IMG/VR virus record: IMGVR_UViG_3300043391_000453
Coordinates: 1 to 35,084 of that record
Length of the DNA stretch: 35,084 bases
Direction: 5' to 3' (one strand)
Source of the DNA: a virus
Lineage: Duplodnaviria; Caudoviricetes
Numbering within the stretch: the stretch's first letter is position 1; each line of letters begins with the position of its first letter. Made by a program: the position numbers and the translations under genes. Of the stretch, positions 8,589-16,415 are shown piece by piece. The notes under the pieces were generated by a model. That model saw nothing but the letters and a program-made list of their open reading frames with translations. It was not told where the DNA came from and ran no database searches.

Positions 8589-8616
8589 TTGCTTCACAAT
8601 ATATATTATGCGAATG
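8589..8616 (-). other. dif-like XerC/XerD site, candidate attP
   Basis: Minus strand reads CATTCGCATAA-TATATA-TTGTGAAGCAA versus E. coli dif GGTGCGCATAA-TGTATA-TTATGTTAAAT. Intergenic, at the convergence of the late and early arms. Confidence 0.65.
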
Positions 8617-8662
8617 GAACCCGTGCAGTATTCAAATGCAGCATGGGTTCCACTCGTTTTTT
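8615..8662 (+). terminator. Inverted repeat followed by a T-tract after the lysis cassette (probable terminator)
   Basis: TGGAACCCGTGC (8615-8626) pairs with GCATGGGTTCCA (8641-8652), followed by CTCGTTTTTT. Confidence 0.5.
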
Positions 8663-8700
8663 CCCCCTGTAATTTCAATGGTTTACGCGGGTCGTTTAAC

Positions 8701-8746
8701 TGCATGCGTGCAATAGTAATGCAGTCTTTACTACTGCACGGATGCA
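8701..8746. promoter_or_regulatory. Two TGCA-N4-TGCA operator-like sites
   Basis: TGCATGCGTGCA at 8701-8712 and TGCACGGATGCA at 8735-8746. Confidence 0.6.
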
Positions 8747-8748
8747 AA

Positions 8749-8970
8749 CTAGATGTTGTGTGTCTTCCGATGCCTCCGAGCAATGCCCCTGATCTTCTGC
8801 TTCTGCACGTCATTCCATGCCCGCTTCTTGCGGAAGCCAGCCTGCGTGCAAATCACAGAGATCATTGGCGGGCTCAAGCCGTAGGTTCGGGCAAGCTCCC
8901 GATAGCAATGGCCCTCCTTGGCAGCAGCCAGAATCATTCGGTTGCGGCGGATGATATGGGTGCTGGTCAT
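8749..8970 (-). CDS. Small HTH DNA-binding protein (73 aa)
   Basis: ATGA-coupled start at 8970. RRNRMILAAAKEGHCYRELARTYGLSPPMISVI has an HTH pattern. Confidence 0.65.
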   Translation of the reverse strand: MTSTHIIRRNRMILAAAKEGHCYRELARTYGLSPPMISVICTQAGFRKKRAWNDVQKQKIRGIARRHRKTHNI

Positions 8971-9164
8971 GGATTGGTCGAAGCCCATAAGACATTGCAA
9001 AACTCGAGCTTGTAGTCCGTGACGCACGACTTGAGGAACTCCACATAGGTCGGCTGCGGCACGCTGAACGCCCACTCAATCCCTAAGATCAAGAGATGGG
9101 CAGTCACGACGCCGATCATGGCGCCGAGAAACCCATCTACTGCAATGAGCGGGACGCGGATCAT
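8967..9164 (-). CDS. Hypothetical membrane protein (65 aa)
   Basis: ATGA-coupled on both sides; one hydrophobic segment. Confidence 0.6.
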   Translation of the reverse strand: MIRVPLIAVDGFLGAMIGVVTAHLLILGIEWAFSVPQPTYVEFLKSCVTDYKLEFCNVLWASTNP

Positions 9165-10897
9165 GCAGCCTTCTTCTTCGGCTTGACCTTCGGCTCCTTG
9201 TAGATAAGCAGATCAGGCAACCAAAAGGCATTGCGTGTCTTCTCGGTCGCCAGTGTTGCCAGCGCTTTCTTGGTGAACTTCTTAGGGATTGGTGTCTCAG
9301 ACTTCTTGAGCGCGGCCTCGATCATCTTGGTTGGGATGCGCTCAAAGTGAGACTGCCGCTCGAGATCGAACAGCTTGTAAAGCCCTGGCACTACCCCCAG
9401 ATCATCAACCAACAGCCTGAGCAGCGGGTCGGTATTGTCGATGGTCATGAGCATGCGTGCAGTCATCAGCTTTAGGAGGCGCAGGACATGGGGCTCCCAA
9501 TCAGGGTGCGACAGAAGCCGGAGCTTTTCGATCATGCTTCCTTCTGGCAGCAAGGCTTTGTCGAGCTCATCGCGGATTGTCTGGTCGAGCAGGCTTTGCT
9601 CACGCTTATGCCGGAGGTTTGAAGACAGCGAGAGCGTTGGCGAATAGCTGCCCTCGAACTCCGAGATCATGGTGAGCAGCAGCAGCGGCAGGGTCAGCGG
9701 GCTATCGGAGCGGGCAAGCTGGAACTGGACTGATTCAGTTAGCACGCCCTTGATGTCTGCCATTAGGGCTTGGCTAATATCCTCATCCTTTGCCTCTTTC
9801 TTATCTGCCTTCTCCTTGTCTTTTACCTGACGGCTCGGAGCCACCATGCCATAGATTATCTCATAGTCATTGGTGATAAAGACGCCGCTGCGGGCCTTGA
9901 TGTCGGGCGTGAAGGTGTAAGTAATCCGGTCATCAAGTTCTTCTAGTTCTCGCTCGAGTTCATTAAATGCTTCGCGCTCAAGGTCTTCATTGTCGAGCTT
10001 GGCCGTGATCTCGATGATCCGGGCTTGGTGTTCCGCGCTCTCATAAACAGGCTCACCCTTGAGGTGCTGATACTGCCAGCGCGACAAGCTGTCCTTGTCT
10101 TCTATGTCAACAAACTGCCAGCCAGTGTCGAGAAGCATCTGCTTCATCTCACCGATGCGTTCAGTGGCAAGGCGCTGGGCTAGAGCCACATCTGTCCAGC
10201 GTTCCCCGTCCTCACCGAACAGGTCTTCGATGATCTCGCCGCCTGAATTGACATAAAGATCACGGCCTACAAACTTAACAATGGGATCATTCTTGCTATA
10301 GTGCGTGTCGCGGAACAGCTGGTTGATCTGCCAGCGATGCATCCCGTCATCCTTGATCTGATCCCAGAGAGCGAGCTGCTTCTTCCTTGGCTCGGCGGCA
10401 AACAGGCGCACAATCTCAAGGTCAATCTGCTCATCAAGATAGGCATCCATGACCGGGCTGATCACATCCCCGAGCGCCATGCGCTGCTTGACCATCTTGA
10501 CTGTGACACCAAAGGTTCGGGCCACATCATCAACAGTCGCACCCTCATCTACCAGCCGTGCAAACGCACGGTACTGGTCGACCGGATGCAACGGCACGCG
10601 CATGATGTTGGCTGAGAGAGACATGGTGTGGGCTAAAGCATTACCAACATCCTGCACCAGTGCCGGAACTTCGATGTCCGTATCCGTGTGCACTAGCAGC
10701 AATGCAGCATGACGCCGATGCCCATCAATGATGGCGTAGCCTTTGTCTGACTTGCGAACCGAGAGCGGCAGCAGCAGTCCGACATTGCGGATGTTGTCTG
10801 CCAGTGCTTCGATCTCAGCACTGCGTGCGGTAACACGGGTATTGATAGCGGCATCAGGAATCAGCTGGCTCAGCTTGATCATGGTAAGCGCAGTCAT
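9161..10897 (-). CDS. Long ParB/RepB/Spo0J-family protein (plasmid/ICE type)
   Basis: GLLLPLSVR..YAIIDGHRRHAAL arginine patch, then N.MRVPLHPVDQYRAFARL and an HTH, with GG..EDLF downstream. ATG 10897 is ATGA-coupled and follows GGGAG. Confidence 0.88.
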   Translation of the reverse strand: MTALTMIKLSQLIPDAAINTRVTARSAEIEALADNIRNVGLLLPLSVRKSDKGYAIIDGHRRHAALLLVHTDTDIEVPALVQDVGNALAHTMSLSANIMRVPLHPVDQYRAFARLVDEGATVDDVARTFGVTVKMVKQRMALGDVISPVMDAYLDEQIDLEIVRLFAAEPRKKQLALWDQIKDDGMHRWQINQLFRDTHYSKNDPIVKFVGRDLYVNSGGEIIEDLFGEDGERWTDVALAQRLATERIGEMKQMLLDTGWQFVDIEDKDSLSRWQYQHLKGEPVYESAEHQARIIEITAKLDNEDLEREAFNELERELEELDDRITYTFTPDIKARSGVFITNDYEIIYGMVAPSRQVKDKEKADKKEAKDEDISQALMADIKGVLTESVQFQLARSDSPLTLPLLLLTMISEFEGSYSPTLSLSSNLRHKREQSLLDQTIRDELDKALLPEGSMIEKLRLLSHPDWEPHVLRLLKLMTARMLMTIDNTDPLLRLLVDDLGVVPGLYKLFDLERQSHFERIPTKMIEAALKKSETPIPKKFTKKALATLATEKTRNAFWLPDLLIYKEPKVKPKKKAA

Positions 10898-11133
10898 TTT
10901 GGACACTCCCTTTTGATTGTTTGATTTGTATTGCGAACAGCTGCGTAGGCATCGGAGAACTTCTGTGCTTCTCGCAGATGTTCAGCGTTCTGGATGATAA
11001 TGAGATGATCGGCTAGTTCGCGCAGCCTTCGTGCGATCTGCGGCAAGTCATCGATGTGGTATAGTGGAATGAGTATCTGAACTGTGGGCAGCACTGTTCT
11101 TAATTGCTGGCCCTGCAATTTCTGTCTGGTCAT
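10894..11133 (-). CDS. Hypothetical protein (79 aa)
   Basis: ATG 11133 overlaps the ArdC stop; its stop overlaps the ParB start. Confidence 0.65.
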   Translation of the reverse strand: MTRQKLQGQQLRTVLPTVQILIPLYHIDDLPQIARRLRELADHLIIIQNAEHLREAQKFSDAYAAVRNTNQTIKRECPK

Positions 11134-11984
11134 GCTGCCTCTGCGAGCTCCTGTGTTTGGGCGGGGTTGAGAAACTGGAATGCTTTGTTTGCCATGGTTG
11201 AGGCACGGTAGATGGCACGCCGCTTGTCGGGCATGTGCTTGAGCCAATGGCGAAGGTAAGCTCCGTGATCCTTCTCGAGCGTGGTCGATGTGATCCCGAA
11301 GTGTGCATCAAGGAAGGACGCGCCGATCTCGGCAACCAGTTCCTCTAATGCATAGGCTTCCCGATCCTGGGACAGCATCTTCATCTCCCGCTTGAGGCGC
11401 GAGCCGTGACCTGTCCAATGGACAGCCTCATGAAACAGGGTCGTCCAGTAATCATCAAGCGTCTTGAAGCTTGAAGCATCGGGCATGTACACCTTGTCAG
11501 CCAGCGGCGAGAAAGCGGGCTCGCCCTGCCCTAATTCAATCCCGGTCTGGGCTAGCCAATCCATTGCCATCACATGCCGCTCGTCTGGTGTTCTGATCTT
11601 GGGCTCGGGCTTTTCAAAGCCTTCGACCTGATCGGCGTTGAACAACCATGAGCAGCGCATGATGGGATAGGTGGTAGTCTCTCCGTTCTTTTCTGAGACG
11701 TTCATCTTGTAGAAGATGATCGGCGTGTTGGTTCTGACTTGATCGTCCTTGATGCGGTAGCCAGCTGCGTGCCACTGCTTGAGTGTTGCCCACTGGGATG
11801 AGCCATAACCCTTGGTCATCTGGGACACCCATAAGAACAGGACGTTCATGCCTTGATAGTTATTCTTGGTCACTGCGTTCGATGGCAGACCGCCAGCTGA
11901 GGTCCAAGACTTTTGCCATTGGCCTGTTCCAGTTTCGATTTCCTCGATCAGCTGATCCACGACCTTTTGGATTAGAGAGTTCAT
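11130..11984 (-). CDS. ardC: ArdC-family ssDNA-binding / zincin metallopeptidase antirestriction protein (284 aa)
   Basis: W.KSW..GLPSNAVT..YQGMNVLFLW, WATLKQW..AG, FNADQVEG, TLFHEAVHWTGH..RL.R and YALEELVAEIGA. ATG 11984 follows GGAG. Confidence 0.92.
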   Translation of the reverse strand: MNSLIQKVVDQLIEEIETGTGQWQKSWTSAGGLPSNAVTKNNYQGMNVLFLWVSQMTKGYGSSQWATLKQWHAAGYRIKDDQVRTNTPIIFYKMNVSEKNGETTTYPIMRCSWLFNADQVEGFEKPEPKIRTPDERHVMAMDWLAQTGIELGQGEPAFSPLADKVYMPDASSFKTLDDYWTTLFHEAVHWTGHGSRLKREMKMLSQDREAYALEELVAEIGASFLDAHFGITSTTLEKDHGAYLRHWLKHMPDKRRAIYRASTMANKAFQFLNPAQTQELAEAA

Positions 11985-12165
11985 TGAAGGTGATCTCCAC
12001 GTTGAGTGCGGTGCATAGCTTGTGAATGGTGTCGATACGGGGGAACACCCTGCCCTGCTCGATGCCGTTGATCTGGACGCGCGAGACTTTGGCAAGGTAG
12101 GCGAGGTCGTATTGGGAGAGGCATTGCCTCTCCCGTAACGAACGGATCATCTGCCCGATCTGCAT
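11860..12165 (-). CDS. XRE-family HTH regulator
   Basis: IRSLRERQCLSQYDLAYLAKVSRVQINGIEQG..PRIDTIHKLCTALNV. TGATG-coupled to ssb; the 3' end overlaps ardC. Confidence 0.8.
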   Translation of the reverse strand: MQIGQMIRSLRERQCLSQYDLAYLAKVSRVQINGIEQGRVFPRIDTIHKLCTALNVEITFNELSNPKGRGSADRGNRNWNRPMAKVLDLSWRSAIERSDQE

Positions 12166-12596
12166 CAGAAGGGTATCTCATCTGAGAGAGCTTCGGGTTC
12201 GGGCGCGGGCTTGCTCGCCTTGGGTTGCGGACGCGCCCCGCCCTCGCCCTTCTCTCCGGCCTTGGCAAGAAAGCGCATCACCCCATCGAACTGACCAAGC
12301 ACTACTTCGGTGGTGTACTTCTCAATCCCATCCTTCTCGTACTTGCGGGTACGGATGCTGCCTTCGAGATAGACTTGATCTCCCTTGCCAAGGTACTGGC
12401 CTGCGAGCTTGGCTAAGTTCTCGTTGAAGATCACAACCCGATGCCATTCGGTTCGCTCTTGTTTTTCTCCCGACTTATCCTTCCAAGTCTCAGATGTGGC
12501 GACACTGAGGTTGGCGATCTGGCCCCCATTTCTGGTGTCTTTAAGGTCGGGATCGTTACCAAGGCGACCGATAATAATTGCTTTGTTGACTGACAT
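12165..12596 (-). CDS. ssb: Single-stranded DNA-binding protein
   Basis: SVNKAIIIGRLGNDP, TEWHRVVIF, VYLEGSIRTRKY and an acidic tail ending DEIPF. Confidence 0.97.
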   Translation of the reverse strand: MSVNKAIIIGRLGNDPDLKDTRNGGQIANLSVATSETWKDKSGEKQERTEWHRVVIFNENLAKLAGQYLGKGDQVYLEGSIRTRKYEKDGIEKYTTEVVLGQFDGVMRFLAKAGEKGEGGARPQPKASKPAPEPEALSDEIPF

Positions 12597-12724
12597 TTTT
12601 GCTCATACTCCTCTAAGAGCCATTGATAGGATTCGCCCTTGCATGCTCTGCAAGTTCGAAGTCGGCGGGATGAGGTGATGACTCCGATCCCGCCGCAGGG
12701 TTTGCACCGAACAGGCCGTCCCAT
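12431..12724 (-). CDS. Small zinc-finger protein (DnaJ-like CxxCxG pair)
   Basis: TAATG-coupled to ERF. Contains CKPCGGIG...CRACKGE. The frame runs 166 nt into ssb. Confidence 0.5.
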   Translation of the reverse strand: MGRPVRCKPCGGIGVITSSRRLRTCRACKGESYQWLLEEYEQKCQSTKQLLSVALVTIPTLKTPEMGARSPTSVSPHLRLGRISREKNKSEPNGIGL

Positions 12725-13326
12725 TAGGCAGGCTGTACGGCTTTCTTGACGGCGGCCATCTTGGCTTGCCATCTTTGCTTGGCTGCTTGCACCTTAGCTG
12801 GGTGCGCAGCGATTGCGTGCTCCATGCTTTCTTTGTGGTGGCTGGCAACGCCGCGCAATTCTTCCTCGCTTGTGGCAAGGGCAACATCATTCTCGAACTC
12901 TTTGATGGCGATGGTCACGACATCTTCGTACTCAGCATTCTGATCGAGGTCGGGATCGTCACCTGACTCCATGCCCAGTGCCTTCAACAGAGCGTACTTA
13001 ACGGCATAAGAGATGGCCTTGCCCGGCCCCTTGTCTTGATCGTCAATGCCGTAGCCGGCAGTCGCGACTTCGATGAAGTCTTCGGGCTGGTCGATGTTGA
13101 CGAACTTGACAAGCATGGTGCATTGCGTGCGGTTGCCGATCTGCTCCATGCGCAGATTGCTGGGGAAGTAGAGGACGCCTACCTCGACCAAAGGATCGCG
13201 CACCTTGGCTGTGACTGCATCGTGGCTGACGATGGAGTAACGCATGCCCGCCTTCTTTTCTTTCTGGATATAGGTAATGGACTTCTGCACTTTGTTAAGG
13301 CGCTGATAAAGATTGAGCCCAGTCAT
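12724..13326 (-). CDS. ERF-family single-strand annealing protein
   Basis: GYGIDDQDKGPGKAISYAVKYALLKALGMESGDDPD is the ERF signature. GGAGA RBS. Confidence 0.9.
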   Translation of the reverse strand: MTGLNLYQRLNKVQKSITYIQKEKKAGMRYSIVSHDAVTAKVRDPLVEVGVLYFPSNLRMEQIGNRTQCTMLVKFVNIDQPEDFIEVATAGYGIDDQDKGPGKAISYAVKYALLKALGMESGDDPDLDQNAEYEDVVTIAIKEFENDVALATSEEELRGVASHHKESMEHAIAAHPAKVQAAKQRWQAKMAAVKKAVQPA

Positions 13327-13343
13327 TGTCGTATCTCCATTGG

Positions 13344-13670
13344 TTAAAAGATTGTGCGTAGACGCAGCACGGCTGCGCTGCCGCCGCCCGCGCTTCGGCG
13401 GCGCACCGTGGTGCGCTCGAGTACATTGTGCTTCATGAGTTCTGTGCAGCGTGGGCGAATGGCGAGGATGTTCTCGCCCAGGCGCACGGCTGCTTCGTCG
13501 GCGGTGCCTTCAAAGCCAGATGCGTAGAGCTCGCGCAGCCTGCCCCGCAGCTGTGCTGCGCTGCCATTGTTGTCGATGCGCATGGCATTCTCCCGGCTGA
13601 TGCCGGGGTCTTTCCATCCTGCTCGGTATGGATATTGGTTGGCTTCCCAGACTTCTTTCATGCCCATCAC
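13344..13670 (-). CDS. Putative winged-helix DNA-binding protein
   Basis: TADEAAVRLGENILAIRPRCTEL..RRRSAGG pattern; ATGA-coupled. Confidence 0.6.
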   Translation of the reverse strand: MMGMKEVWEANQYPYRAGWKDPGISRENAMRIDNNGSAAQLRGRLRELYASGFEGTADEAAVRLGENILAIRPRCTELMKHNVLERTTVRRRSAGGGSAAVLRLRTIF

Positions 13671-13972
13671 GCTGCCTCCTCATCATCGAGGTCGCGCGTG
13701 GAACAAGTGGTCATGCGGATATAGTGGGCCTTGGCAAAGAGCTCGCCTTCCAATCCCGTCAGCCAGCGCTTGTCGTGTTCGGAAAAGATTGCCCAACCTT
13801 TGTGCTTAGGTAGCGCATTGCGCAGCGCGTGCCATTGGTCGAGCGGCAAGTAGAGTTGGATTTGGAAGTCGCTGTTGAACTCAGACAGAGAGATGGAGCC
13901 TGAGTTTTCAGGGTGTTCTTGGGCGATGACCAGCCCGTGAATGGGGGCGTGCAACATCAGGTTCGTTGTCAT
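13667..13972 (-). CDS. Hypothetical protein
   Basis: AAGGAG RBS; packed in the operon between the exonuclease and wHTH genes. Confidence 0.65.
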   Translation of the reverse strand: MTTNLMLHAPIHGLVIAQEHPENSGSISLSEFNSDFQIQLYLPLDQWHALRNALPKHKGWAIFSEHDKRWLTGLEGELFAKAHYIRMTTCSTRDLDDEEAA

Positions 13973-13977
13973 GCTGG

Positions 13978-14781
13978 TTACTCCTTGATGGTGAAGCGCA
14001 GGGCGCCGCGCTTGTCGCGTTTGATGGTGACGCCGTGACCGGATGCCTCTCCGACATCGGCTTCGATGAGGGACTTAAGCTCGTCCTTGCAGTGGACATG
14101 GCGGTCGTGGGCTTGCTTGGTTTCGGTCAAGTTGCCAGCCAGCACAGCCCATTCGTTGTTGGCGGTCATGTCCACGTACCGAAAGCCATCGACCAAGGTG
14201 TCCTTGGCTAGGGCATTGGTGCGTTCGAGCGTGGCGGTTGGGATGATCTCGGGTGCTACCTTGTTCTGAACGTGCCACCAGAAGGCGACTTCCATTTCGG
14301 TGAGCTTGTCCATGTAATCGCGTGGTGGTTCGACCTTGGTAACAAAGGGATCACCATTGCCGGGGATCGTAGAGATGTAAGCCACCCCTACTCCCATGCA
14401 GTTGCAGTAGTGCGCGAGCTGCGGAAGGTAAGTCTCACTCACATCGCGCGGGGATGCCCGTTCGTTGGAATGCTTGAGTTCAACAAACGTCCCCTTCTCA
14501 GGCCAAAGCCTGTCGAGTTGGCCGACAAGAAACTCATGATCGGGATGGGATACAGGCCCAGGCGGATCGATGAGCGCCATGTTGTGGTGCTCGATCAGCC
14601 ACTCGGCGTGAAAGCTTTCGGTCCACTTGCCAAGCTGCACTCGAAAGATATTGGACAGGTCTTCCGGCTGGCGGATGCGAACCTTCTCCTCATACAAGGC
14701 AAGCCAGTCGCCTTGCATGATGCGTTTGGCATCGCTGCCTCCGATGAACCAAGTGCGGTCGTGGTTCAGTGATTGTAACAT
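13978..14781 (-). CDS. YqaJ / lambda-exonuclease family 5'->3' exonuclease
   Basis: R..FIGGSDA, QLGKWTE, LVGQLDRL, VELKH and YLPQLAHY motifs. Confidence 0.9.
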   Translation of the reverse strand: MLQSLNHDRTWFIGGSDAKRIMQGDWLALYEEKVRIRQPEDLSNIFRVQLGKWTESFHAEWLIEHHNMALIDPPGPVSHPDHEFLVGQLDRLWPEKGTFVELKHSNERASPRDVSETYLPQLAHYCNCMGVGVAYISTIPGNGDPFVTKVEPPRDYMDKLTEMEVAFWWHVQNKVAPEIIPTATLERTNALAKDTLVDGFRYVDMTANNEWAVLAGNLTETKQAHDRHVHCKDELKSLIEADVGEASGHGVTIKRDKRGALRFTIKE

Positions 14782-15009
14782 TTATGCAATCTCCCTGACT
14801 TGTTCGTGCGAGTTATGCTGCATGGATGCAGCATCGCGGGCGTGCAAAAGCGCCCCGTATGCCTTGGCAACGTGCTCCATTTGCTCATCTAGAAGTTGTT
14901 GGTAGACGGTGCCATCGGGTCTGACTTGGCAGATGGTGGCGTATCGGACGGCAAGCTGTGCGTGATAGATGACTTCGCCATAGAGCTGCCAGTTATTATC
15001 GCAATGCAT
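14782..15009 (-). CDS. Hypothetical protein (75 aa)
   Basis: GGAGG RBS; abuts the exonuclease start. Confidence 0.55.
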   Translation of the reverse strand: MHCDNNWQLYGEVIYHAQLAVRYATICQVRPDGTVYQQLLDEQMEHVAKAYGALLHARDAASMQHNSHEQVREIA

Positions 15010-15068
15010 TTATGCATCCTCCCTGTTTCTGTTAACAATACCGTACTGCATATATGCAGCATGGTCAA
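15005..15068 (-). promoter_or_regulatory. Putative sigma70 promoter TTGACC-17-TACGGT with TGCA-N4-TGCA sites
   Basis: -35 at 15068-15063 and -10 at 15045-15040. Palindrome CTGCATATATGCAG (15046-15059) sits in the spacer; TGCATTTATGCA (15005-15016) covers the start codon. Confidence 0.6.
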
Positions 15069-15646
15069 TAATTTTTTACCTTCTCCACCATCTTGGGCAG
15101 GTTTTGCTTGAGCCATTCCCACTGCCAAGCCTCGTCCTTAACAGCGTCAAGGAACTCAGCGGGCAAGGGCAATGTCTTGTAACGGTGCGTCTTGCACACC
15201 TCGACAACCGCCTTCTTCAAGAGCGGGGTTGGCAGTTCAGACAAGACAGCTGCATAGATAAGCAACCCATCTTCTTCTGGCACTGTGACTTGGAACACCA
15301 TCGCAACCTTCTCGATGGCATTGATAATATCTTCTGGATCAGCTGGCCTCAGATACTCTGCGTGTTCTTGGCCCAGTCGGGTCAAGGCTTGTAGCGCACG
15401 CGCTTGATACCGTGGATCAAGAGGTTCTTTGCCGAAGCGAAGCCAGCTTATCAAGAGCGCGGTCCCGCTTGGCACGATTGTCCTCAAGCACGGCGGCAGC
15501 TCGCTCAGCGGGTCGTCCTGGCATGCGGGTGACTCGGGCCGTGGAAAACTCGGCAGCTTTCCTGCACCAGTTACGGAAGGCAGCGTGCCAATCTGCTTGC
15601 TGCTTTCCACTCGCAATCCAGTAGTCTCGAAACTTATCTGCTTCAT
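15065..15646 (-). CDS. Putative replication protein (helicase loader / lambda P position)
   Basis: Follows the DnaT-like gene. Y.AVLSELP..LLKKAV.EVCKT.RY..LPLPAEF resembles loader/inhibitor-type helical domains. GAGGA RBS precedes ATG 15646. Confidence 0.55.
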   Translation of the reverse strand: MKQISFETTGLRVESSKQIGTLPSVTGAGKLPSFPRPESPACQDDPLSELPPCLRTIVPSGTALLISWLRFGKEPLDPRYQARALQALTRLGQEHAEYLRPADPEDIINAIEKVAMVFQVTVPEEDGLLIYAAVLSELPTPLLKKAVVEVCKTHRYKTLPLPAEFLDAVKDEAWQWEWLKQNLPKMVEKVKNY

Positions 15647-15872
15647 CTCCCGTCCTCACATTGGGATAAGTTTTGCTGCACCATTCGATGTCGCTGTCGC
15701 GCGGCATCCAATCAGCAGACAGTGTATGCCTTGGCTTCGCCCGCTTGGGCTTAGCTTCAGCTGTGATAACTCCGAGGCTGCTGGCCTCGAGACCAACCAA
15801 TGCCTTCTTCATAAAGGCAATAGCTTCCTCTATGCGGGACACTTGTTCCCGCAGTTCTTCAATACTTGTCAT
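15417..15872 (-). CDS. Replication protein with DnaT-like ssDNA-binding domain
   Basis: LSADWMP...EADKFRDYW....QADWHAAFRNWCRKA is the C-terminal motif of phage replisome organisers. Confidence 0.75.
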   Translation of the reverse strand: MTSIEELREQVSRIEEAIAFMKKALVGLEASSLGVITAEAKPKRAKPRHTLSADWMPRDSDIEWCSKTYPNVRTGDEADKFRDYWIASGKQQADWHAAFRNWCRKAAEFSTARVTRMPGRPAERAAAVLEDNRAKRDRALDKLASLRQRTS

Positions 15873-15886
15873 GAGTTTTCCTTACC

Positions 15887-15949
15887 GCTTGCTCACCGGG
15901 TAAGCACGCCCCTCGCAAGAGACGGGGCGTGCGCAGCTGGAGAGCAAGC
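15887..15949 (+). other. Intergenic nested hairpin
   Basis: Outer stem GCTTGCTC/GAGCAAGC, inner stem GCACGCCCC/GGGGCGTGC, apical TC-GCAA-GA. Confidence 0.6.
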
Positions 15950-15950
15950 T

Positions 15951-16415
15951 CTATGTGATTTCGTCCGCTGTCATCCCGGCATAGGTTTTAACCTTGCGCG
16001 ATGGCAGCTCATGGATCTTTACTTTAAACTTGGCTTCGACCAGTTTCTTCTTGATCCGATAGACATCCGTAACCATGCCCTTCACATCCTCGAGGATCAG
16101 GGCTGTGACCCCGCCTCCCGGTGTGCTGTGCTTCAGGTATCGGAAGTCTCCTCGATAGGTGCAGATTGGCGAGCCATCGACACTGACCGGATAGGTAGGC
16201 TGCAGTTCAAGACGGCTGATCCGGCCAGCCTCGAGCATGAGCTTGAGCTGTTCATAGCGGTCGGCTTCGGCAGACGAAGCAAACCAATGGTCATCAACGT
16301 GCCTGCCCTTGGCATTGTACTTGCCGAGCCTTGGCTTCTTGAACGTGCCATCAACCCTGTGCTTAGGGACATACCGCTTCTTCTTGCGGTGCTGCGGAAC
16401 AACAGGCCGTGTCAT
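15951..16415 (-). CDS. DUF1064-family PD-(D/E)xK endonuclease
   Basis: KYNAK..VD..WFASSAEA.RY..LELQP.Y..Y.GDF.Y..EDVKG..T.VYRIKKKL. Confidence 0.85.
   Translation of the reverse strand: MTRPVVPQHRKKKRYVPKHRVDGTFKKPRLGKYNAKGRHVDDHWFASSAEADRYEQLKLMLEAGRISRLELQPTYPVSVDGSPICTYRGDFRYLKHSTPGGGVTALILEDVKGMVTDVYRIKKKLVEAKFKVKIHELPSRKVKTYAGMTADEIT

Noticed and set aside
9161-10897. ParABS partition system
   Set aside because: No ParA ATPase and no canonical parS palindrome seen.
9161-13972. C-terminal Ala-Ala ends as ClpXP degrons on several early proteins
   Set aside because: Largely explained by RBS plus ATGA overlaps such as GAGGCAGCATGA; cannot be separated from a degron role by sequence alone.
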